Part shown: positions 57,337 through 64,000 of the stretch, piece by piece | How the letters are laid out: each line of letters starts with the position of its first letter | Position numbering within the stretch: the first letter of the stretch is position 1 | NCBI GenBank assembly: GCA_963809845.1 | Contig: CAWELO010000014.1 | Span: forward strand, 157,307 to 221,306 | DNA from: an uncultured Verrucomicrobiae bacterium | GTDB taxonomy: Bacteria > Verrucomicrobiota > Verrucomicrobiia > Limisphaerales > UBA8199 | Length of the DNA: 64,000 nucleotides | Direction of reading: 5' to 3' | Made by a program: the position numbers and the translations under genes | Notes under the pieces: model-generated | The model's database searches: none | The model's input: the letters and a program-made list of their open reading frames with translations, nothing else | Told to the model about the DNA's origin: nothing

Positions 57337-57510
57337 GGGAGCTCCTCGGCATGAACCGCGCCATCCGCAAGCGGATTGCCGAGGCGCCAGAGTTTCATGG
57401 CCGGATACTAACGCCTGGGGCGCGCCGAGTAAAGTTGAGCGGCGATGATCAGGCGCGCCTCGGAACCGGGCGCGCCTCGCAATCGGGTGAGGCTCGTCGT
57501 CGGTTGATTT

Positions 57511-57590
57511 GTCCCGAAGGGACAGGCGAAAACAGCCCAATGCTTCAGCATTGGGTCAGGGGCAGACAAAGCGACAAGTCCCGAAGGGAC
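57511..57590. repeat. Hairpin triplet (family D): GTCCC-gaa-GGGAC / CCCAATGC-ttca-GCATTGGG / GTCCC-gaa-GGGAC
   Basis: Hairpins at 57511-57523, 57536-57555 and 57578-57590. A degenerate copy lies at ~60248-60292. Confidence 0.6.
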
Positions 57591-57695
57591 GATCGAGACC
57601 CGGCAGCAGCCGTCTTCGGGCAATGACTCGGTTGTCCTGACGGGACTTGGTTCCTTTCCCGAGCTTACCCAACGCCGAAGCTTTGCGAAAGCGTC

Positions 57696-57852
57696 GCGCC
57701 CGGGCAGTACCCCCCGTCGAACACGGCCAGACGCCGGAGCGCCGGCTTGGAGCCGGCTTAGCGCGTCCAATATCCATAGGAGCACCATAAGCATCGCCGG
57801 GCGCCGTAAGCCGGCTCCAAGCCGGCGCTGCGGGGGTGCTGCCGGGATGCGC
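57696..57852. mobile_element. MITE-like element, family C, second copy
   Basis: gcgcccgggcagtacccc ... gggggtgctgccgggatgcgc. The interior is collinear with 47672-47820 (cgaacacggc.agacgc.ggagcgccggctt.gagccggcttagcgc...atatccataggagcac). Confidence 0.55.
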
Positions 57853-58379
57853 TCTCGGACGAGGCGCCTATTCCTTTTTTTCTTGGCTTCGGGCGGGGAC
57901 CGGCGTAGGAATGCATCGTTCTTTGATAGCGGTGGATCTTGTGTCCACCTGTAGTCACAGCCAGGCGTCAGGGAACCCCGTGAGAATCGGGGACGGTTGC
58001 GCCACTGTAACGGGTTACGAGCTCCCACCCGCGGGTTAACGCCGCGGCTTGAGCCACTGGTTTCTTTCGAGACCGGGAAGGCGGGAGTGAGGTTTTGATG
58101 CCCGAAGTCAGGATATCGGCTTGGTTGTGCTCGTCATGGTCGTCGTCAAAGACAGGCGAAATCCTGTCCGCCCGGCGGCCAACTTCTCCGTCAAGAGAAG
58201 GATGAGGCCAGCCCGGCGCGCGTGTGCGCGCGGGGATTCGTCGGATGCCTTCATTCTCCGTTTTGCCGAGGGCTGAAGGTTTTTTGTTGCCACTGAACAG
58301 GTTTCCTTCGGCTTCCGCGCTGGTCTCTCAATCGCAACCCGCCCTGTGTGTCCCACGGGGCAATTGAAAGATCAGCCTT

Positions 58380-59375
58380 ATGCCACATGCTCGTTCCTTC
58401 GCGCTGGCGCTGGCCGGCGCGTCCGTTCTGTTTGTCGCCCACACCCGGGGAGCTTCGCGCCTCGAGGATTTCTCCACCGATCCCGCTTCGAGCGGTTGGC
58501 AGACCTTCGGTGATGCCGGCCTCTTCGCCTGGGATGCCACCAATCACGATCTCCGGGTGACTTGGGATTCATCTCAAACCAACAGCTACTTCTATCATCC
58601 GCTGGGCACCGTTTTGGCCCGGGACGACGACTTCGCATTCGAGTTTGATCTCCGGCTGTCGGACATCGCGACCAATGCCAAAAGCGGCCCCTTCGAAATC
58701 GCCATCGGTTTCCTGAATTTCGCCGAGGCGGCCGCCACGAATTTCGAGCGCGGCAGTGGCGTGGACGCCGTGCATGGCCCCCGGGATATTGTCGAATTTG
58801 ATTATTTCCCAGCCGGATATTATCCCGATTACGGTGATGTTCTGCCGAGCCTGTCGCCGACGCTGGTCTCGCGAGATAATGGGTTTGCCTCGGGGTTCGA
58901 CCTGCTCACGTTTACCACCAACGATCTCTTTCACATCGCGCTGAGCTATGCTTCGTCCAACCAGACGCTGCACACACAAATCACGCGCAACGGCGCGCCG
59001 TTTGGGCCGGTCAGCGATGTCAGCCTGGGAACCAACTTCACGGATTTTCGCGTGGATACGTTTGCGGTGAGCAGTTACTCGGATTACGGCGACATTTACG
59101 ATTCTGTGCTGGCCCACGGCACGGTGGACAACCTGCTCATCACCTTGCCGCCCTCGCCGGTGGGTGAACTGAACGGCAGCCGGACCGGTGGTTCCTGGCA
59201 GGTGCAATTCGCCAGCCGGACCAACTGGCTTTACACCCTCGAACGAACGGCGGACTTTCATTCATGGACAGCAGTCTCGACCAGCGTTCCGGGGAGTGGC
59301 GGCAACTTGCTGGTGCAGGACACCAACCCGCCGCCGGTGCAGGCGTTTTACCGGATCAACGCACAGCGTCCGTGA
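58380..59375 (+). CDS. Secreted protein, LamG/concanavalin-like N-terminal region and C-terminal FYR-type tail
   Basis: Signal peptide is MPHARSFALALAGASVLFVAHT. The C-terminus is GGSWQVQFASRTNWLYTLERTADFHSWTAV...VQAFYRINAQRP. Confidence 0.7.
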   Translation: MPHARSFALALAGASVLFVAHTRGASRLEDFSTDPASSGWQTFGDAGLFAWDATNHDLRVTWDSSQTNSYFYHPLGTVLARDDDFAFEFDLRLSDIATNAKSGPFEIAIGFLNFAEAAATNFERGSGVDAVHGPRDIVEFDYFPAGYYPDYGDVLPSLSPTLVSRDNGFASGFDLLTFTTNDLFHIALSYASSNQTLHTQITRNGAPFGPVSDVSLGTNFTDFRVDTFAVSSYSDYGDIYDSVLAHGTVDNLLITLPPSPVGELNGSRTGGSWQVQFASRTNWLYTLERTADFHSWTAVSTSVPGSGGNLLVQDTNPPPVQAFYRINAQRP

Positions 59376-60196
59376 GTGCGGGTACGGCAGCAGCCCGTGG
59401 GCGGCCTGTTTACGGGCCGCCGGTCGATCCGCGCCAGCCCCGGCTTTTACAGCGGGCAGCGTGGGGCGTCCGGCGTTCGGCTTTCACGCTGGTTGAACTG
59501 CTCGTCGTCATTGCGATCCTAGGAGTCATGGCCGCGCTCCTGCTGCCGGCGTTGACGCGGGGGCGGGTCTCCGCCCAGCAAGTCCAATGCGCCAGCAACG
59601 TGCGTCAACTGGGATTGGCGGCGCACATGTACTGGGACGACAACGGGGGGAAATGTTTCCGTTACGGGGGTGTGGCGACCAACGGCGGCCAACTCTACTG
59701 GTTCGGCTGGATCGGTCCCGGTCCCGAGGGGCAGCGGGCGCTGGATCTGGCCCAAGGCGTTCTGTTCCCCTACGTCAGGGGCCGTGGCGTCGAGGTTTGT
59801 CCCTCGTTCAACTATGTTTCCGCGCAGCTTAAGCTCAAGGCGGCGGGTTCGTCCTACACTTACGGGTACAATTTATTCCTCTCCGCGTCGTCGAGCCAGG
59901 CGCCGGTCGATTCGACGCGCCTGTCGCGGCCCGCCGGCCTTGCGTTGCTGGCGGATGCGGCCCAGATAAATACCTGGCAATCGCCCGCCTCGCCCACCCA
60001 TCCGCTGCTCGAAGAATGGTCCTACATCAACGGGGATACGAATCAGCCCAATGGGCATTTCCGCCATTCCCGCCGGGCCAACGTTGTCTTCTGCGACGGG
60101 CACGTGGGTTTGGAAACCATGGTCCCCGGCTCGCTGGATATGCGCCTGCCTGATCAGTTCATCGGTCGATTCCGGCCCGGCGCGCTGGGTGAATAG
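59372..60196 (+). CDS. Prepilin-type N-terminal cleavage/methylation-domain protein (DUF1559-like)
   Basis: [46 protein letters not shown] and HSRRANVVFCDGHVG. No in-frame ATG lies upstream of the motif. GTG at 59372 overlaps the upstream TGA as GTGA. Confidence 0.75.
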   Translation: MSAGTAAARGRPVYGPPVDPRQPRLLQRAAWGVRRSAFTLVELLVVIAILGVMAALLLPALTRGRVSAQQVQCASNVRQLGLAAHMYWDDNGGKCFRYGGVATNGGQLYWFGWIGPGPEGQRALDLAQGVLFPYVRGRGVEVCPSFNYVSAQLKLKAAGSSYTYGYNLFLSASSSQAPVDSTRLSRPAGLALLADAAQINTWQSPASPTHPLLEEWSYINGDTNQPNGHFRHSRRANVVFCDGHVGLETMVPGSLDMRLPDQFIGRFRPGALGE

Positions 60197-60433
60197 TTCG
60201 ACCCGATTGGATTTCCTGGGAAAGATGGGCAACCTGCCGGCAGTTTCATCCCGGAGGGACGCCTGGGAATAGCCCAACGCTTCAGCGTCGGGATCGAGGA
60301 TTTGAAGCGGGCAAGACCCGACGGGACGGCTGAGTGCCGTGCATCAACCAATAAGTTTGTCCTGCATCCCCGCCGCGCCGCGGAGCAACAAGGTGCTGGA
60401 CTGCGGCCAGGCCAAACCCCAAATTGCCTGCGA

Positions 60434-62788
60434 ATGGCCGCAGAGCTCGAGCAAGTTAACGCACCCAGTCCCGCGCCTATTTCGTTCATTCCTCCGCAAG
60501 CCACGCTGAGGGAATTGACCCCGCGAGCGGTGATTCTCGGTGCGTTGCTGGGGGTGGTGTTCGGCGCGTCGTCGCTTTACCTCGTGCTCAAGGTGGGGAT
60601 TACCGTCAGCGCGTCCATTCCGGTGGCGGTTATCTCGCTGACCCTGTTCCGGCTCTGGTCAAAACTGGGCGGCCGCGACGCCACGATCCTGGAAAACAAC
60701 ATCGTGCAGACGGCCGGCTCCGCGGGGGAATCGATTGCGTTTGGGTTGGGCGTGACGATGCCCGCCATTATGATCCTGGGGTTCGACCTCGAAATCGGGC
60801 GGGTGATGCTGGTGGGATTATTGGGCGCGCTGCTGGGCATTCTGATGATGATCCCTTTGCGCCGGGCTCTGATCGTGGCCCAGCACGGCCAGCTCAAATA
60901 CCCGGAAGGAACCGCCTGCGCCGAGGTGCTCAAGGCCGGGGCTTCGGAGGAGTCGATCCTCGCAGCGGGGACGGGCGGTGCCGCGGGAGCGGGCCGGGCA
61001 CAGGTTTCCAACCCGGCGGGACTCGGCGCGACCGGCGCCAGCCAAGGCATTGGCGCCGGAACAATCTTCGGCGGGTTTGGCCTGGGGCTTCTCTACAAAA
61101 GCCTCATGGACGCCTTTAAGCTGTGGAAGGATACACCGGAGAAGGTTTTCTCGGCGCCGCTTAAGGGCGGCTCTATTTCCGCCGAGATTTCTCCCGAGCT
61201 GTTGGGCGTTGGTTATATTATCGGTCCCCGCATCGCCTCGATCATGATGGCGGGCGGAGTGCTCAGCGCGCTGCTGCTGACGCCTTTGATCCAGTTTTTT
61301 GGCGGCGGCCTCACCGGAGCGCTGGCCCCGGCAAGCAAACCGATTTTCGAGTTGAGCCCGGCGGAGATCCGCGGCGCCTACATCCTGTACATCGGCGCCG
61401 GAGCGGTGGCCGCCGGGGGCATCATCAGCCTGGTGCGTTCGTTGCCCCTGATCTGGCATGGCATGCGCTCGGGTTTTGCGGACTTCCGGAGCGCCGCGGT
61501 GGCCGGCGCTTCGCTGCTGCGCACCGAGCGGGATCTGCCGATGAAGTTTGTGGCCGGTGGCGTGCTCGCGCTGGTGGTTGCCATCCTGGTGGCGCCCGGT
61601 TTGCACATGAATGTGCTGGGCGCGGTGCTGATCGTGGTGTTCGGCTTTCTCTTTGTGACGGTGTCGTCGCGGTTGACCGGCGAGATCGGCTCGTCCTCGA
61701 ACCCGATCTCCGGCATGACCGTCGCCACACTGCTGCTCACCTGCTTGATTTTCCTGGTCGTGGGCTGGACGGGCGGAAACTACTACGTCACCGCGCTGTC
61801 GGTGGGCGGGATTGTCTGCGTCGCCGCCTCCAACGGCGGCGCGACTTCCCAGGATTTGAAGACGGGGTTTCTAGTGGGCGCCACTCCCCGCTCCCAGCAA
61901 ATCGCAATTCTGATCGGGGCGTCGGCCAGCGCGCTGTTCCTGGGGCCGATCCTGCTGGGCTTAAACAACAGCGCCACGGTTTATGTCCCGGTCGCGCAGG
62001 TCGCGCCCGGGTTGCGCGCGCCGGCGGATGCCACCTTGGCGGGGCCGGAAAAATTGCGCGGGCCGCAGTCGGGCTCGGATACAAATGCGTATCGCGTTTG
62101 GCAAAAGACGGATGATGCCGGCGGTCCGGCGGGCCGCTACCTGGTGGACCCATCCGGGGCGGTGGTCTGGCTGGTCGATCCCGGGATTAACGGAAACTTC
62201 ACCAAGCGCCCGGATGGAACGGAAGCGCAGAAGCTGCTGGCGCCGAAAGCCACCCTCATGAGTTACATCATCCAGGGCATACTCGGCGGGAAATTGCCGT
62301 GGGCGTTGGTGCTCTTCGGCGTCATGACCGCCGTGGTGCTGGAATTATGCGGGGTCTCCTCGCTGGCGTTTGCGGTCGGGGTGTATCTTCCGATCTCGAC
62401 CTCGGCGCCCATCTTTGTGGGCGGCTTGGTGCGTTGGCTGGTGGATTTTCGCCGGCGCCGGCAATTGCTCGAGCACCAGCTCGACGAGACTCAATTGGCA
62501 GCCGACAGCGACAAGAGCCCGGGGGTCTTGCTCGCCAGTGGTTACATCGCCGGTGGGGCGATCGCCGGCATCGTCATCGCCTTCATGGCCGGGGCTCTGC
62601 CGCATGCCGACGCCGCGCTGACCAATTGGGCGGTGGCCCACAACCCGTTCTTCGCCGGGCCAAACTCCGATGCGCTGGCCCTCGTGCCGTTCGTGGCGCT
62701 GACGGCTTTGCTCTACCTGGTTGGGCGGGGACGGCCAGACCGAGGGAATGAAGCCCGGTCTCAGGCCATCGGCGCGTCGGGCGGATAA
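60434..62788 (+). CDS. OPT-family oligopeptide transporter
   Basis: About 780 aa and polytopic. It contains TPRAVILGALLGVVFGASSLYLVLKVG, NIVQTAGSAGESIAFG and KYPEGTACAEVL. The start is uncertain (60302 or 60434). Confidence 0.8.
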   Translation: MAAELEQVNAPSPAPISFIPPQATLRELTPRAVILGALLGVVFGASSLYLVLKVGITVSASIPVAVISLTLFRLWSKLGGRDATILENNIVQTAGSAGESIAFGLGVTMPAIMILGFDLEIGRVMLVGLLGALLGILMMIPLRRALIVAQHGQLKYPEGTACAEVLKAGASEESILAAGTGGAAGAGRAQVSNPAGLGATGASQGIGAGTIFGGFGLGLLYKSLMDAFKLWKDTPEKVFSAPLKGGSISAEISPELLGVGYIIGPRIASIMMAGGVLSALLLTPLIQFFGGGLTGALAPASKPIFELSPAEIRGAYILYIGAGAVAAGGIISLVRSLPLIWHGMRSGFADFRSAAVAGASLLRTERDLPMKFVAGGVLALVVAILVAPGLHMNVLGAVLIVVFGFLFVTVSSRLTGEIGSSSNPISGMTVATLLLTCLIFLVVGWTGGNYYVTALSVGGIVCVAASNGGATSQDLKTGFLVGATPRSQQIAILIGASASALFLGPILLGLNNSATVYVPVAQVAPGLRAPADATLAGPEKLRGPQSGSDTNAYRVWQKTDDAGGPAGRYLVDPSGAVVWLVDPGINGNFTKRPDGTEAQKLLAPKATLMSYIIQGILGGKLPWALVLFGVMTAVVLELCGVSSLAFAVGVYLPISTSAPIFVGGLVRWLVDFRRRRQLLEHQLDETQLAADSDKSPGVLLASGYIAGGAIAGIVIAFMAGALPHADAALTNWAVAHNPFFAGPNSDALALVPFVALTALLYLVGRGRPDRGNEARSQAIGASGG

Positions 62789-62842
62789 TTCAGGGTTGGG
62801 GAGCGAGAGCGTCGGCGCGGGAGGAGCACCGGTCCAGCCGTC

Positions 62843-63985
62843 TTATTTCCACTCGCGCAACACGTCCGCTACCGGTGGCCAGTGGGCGGTGCCGGGGATG
62901 CGGACCTTGCCCCAGGTCGTACAGAGGTAACCGAGCATCCGCGGGTTTGTCTCCTGCCGCGCGAAGTGGCTGAAGGCCTTCGAGGCTTCGAGCGGCTGCC
63001 ATCCTGAGGGCCAGACCCGGAACCCCTTTTGCAGCAGCAGTGGCACCGAGGGGTATGACTCCCGCCGCTCATAGTGCCAGTCGCACATGACGATATCCTT
63101 CGGGAGCCGATCGATGGCGCCGGCGGTGTGATTGCGTGAAGCCTCCCATTCCGAGTAGCCAAGCGCTTTGGAATCCAGCAGGCGGTCGGCCCACATCAGC
63201 ATTTCAAGCTTCTTCGACCCCACGATATGGCGGTGCAGGTCGTTGACGCAGCGCGCGAACAGTTCCGCCGGATCCTTTCCGCGGCAGCGCGGACAGTACT
63301 CCGAGCCGAGCAGAAAAACCTCGTCCATCCCGACATGGACGGCATCCGCTTGGAACGCATCGACGAGTTCGTCGATCAGCGCGAACACCACCGGGTTGAC
63401 CTCCGGATTCAGAGGGCACCAACTGCGGCAATAGATATCCCTGTTCCCCGGAAATTGGCCGGGCGTCTCGTCGAACTGCGGATATTTCGTCAGCAGTGGG
63501 AAGGTGGTTTTGCTCCACGACTGGTGGCCGAGGCAGTTGAACTGGGGAATCAGGCGAATTCCCCGCGCGTGCGCCGCCTCGGTCAATTCCCGCGCCCGGC
63601 CCCGGGTCAGGCAGGTTCGGGACCGCAGTTCAGGGTGCGATTGAAACTCAAAGCTGTAGTCGATCTCGACGACCAGCACGTTGACCCCGGTGTCGGCCAA
63701 ATCCGGCATCGCGGCGATCAGTTGGGCGGCCTGGTCATCGTTGTTGACGGCCAGGTGGACACCCCGCCAGGTAGGATTGGCCGACCGCCAGTGACGCACC
63801 CAAGCTGTCGAGGGGCCGGAGGCTCCGCCGGTCCGGCACCCCGTCGGCAACAGGATCAGGCCCAATAGCATCAGGGCCGCGATCCATTGAACTCGCAGCC
63901 GGAAAATCCGGATTAGTACGGAATGGCCGAAGGCGGTCGCTCGCTTCATGCGAGCCTTTGTTAGGTCTTTCGGCGCCGTTCGCAA
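62843..63985 (-). CDS. GH20-like glycoside hydrolase (beta-N-acetylhexosaminidase catalytic-domain family), lipoprotein-like N-terminus
   Basis: IRLIPQFNCLGHQSW, AVHVGMDEV (an H.G.DE-type motif) and WADRL. The N-terminus has LLGLILLPTGC. An alternative start is at 63949. Confidence 0.65.
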   Translation of the reverse strand: MRTAPKDLTKARMKRATAFGHSVLIRIFRLRVQWIAALMLLGLILLPTGCRTGGASGPSTAWVRHWRSANPTWRGVHLAVNNDDQAAQLIAAMPDLADTGVNVLVVEIDYSFEFQSHPELRSRTCLTRGRARELTEAAHARGIRLIPQFNCLGHQSWSKTTFPLLTKYPQFDETPGQFPGNRDIYCRSWCPLNPEVNPVVFALIDELVDAFQADAVHVGMDEVFLLGSEYCPRCRGKDPAELFARCVNDLHRHIVGSKKLEMLMWADRLLDSKALGYSEWEASRNHTAGAIDRLPKDIVMCDWHYERRESYPSVPLLLQKGFRVWPSGWQPLEASKAFSHFARQETNPRMLGYLCTTWGKVRIPGTAHWPPVADVLREWK

Positions 63986-64000
63986 GCCTTTTATTCCGAC

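Overview
High-GC (~62%) chromosomal segment. I infer a Verrucomicrobiota/PVC-type bacterium from three observations: prepilin-type N-terminal methylation-domain proteins, secreted proteins that share a C-terminal FYR-type tail, and the families of GC-rich hairpin repeats. About 50 protein genes are supportable, mostly housekeeping or envelope functions:
- pilMNO plus a PilP-like gene, a LysR regulator, trpA, mtnA, ligA, two cyclophilins, a NUDIX hydrolase, pyrF and pepP.
- An M13 peptidase, a LarA-like protein, two D12/Dam-class adenine methyltransferases, a MoxR-DUF58-DUF4129 operon, an ABC exporter pair and an OPT transporter.
- GH16-, GH20- and AGE-family glycan enzymes.

I found no rRNA, tRNA, CRISPR array, transposase or integrase.

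Three things stand out.
1. Coding system (6.1-17.1 kb). This is a tightly packed alpha-glucan operon: glgA, then a plant-type glucan,water-dikinase-like enzyme with two CBM45-like N-terminal repeats. Next comes a phosphoglucan,water-dikinase-like enzyme fused to a xylose-isomerase-fold TIM barrel, then a second paralogous TIM barrel, then GH57. I propose it as a candidate bacterial reversible glucan-phosphorylation system.
2. Non-coding structure (38.84-41.08 kb). Six tandem copies of a ~380-bp composite palindromic unit, each carrying a variable G-quadruplex-type heptamer microsatellite. The array abuts a decayed amidohydrolase remnant. Elsewhere there are at least four more interspersed repeat families, including ACGT-core octamer arrays and a MITE-like element with terminal inverted repeats.
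3. Frameshifts. I see nine single-base frameshifts at short G/C runs, concentrated in five genes: trpA (2), the PWD-like gene (3), GH57 (2), a D12 methylase (1) and the AGE-family gene (1). These are either consensus errors or recent inactivation.

All family assignments rest on motifs read from the translations and on my memory of the families. No searches were run.
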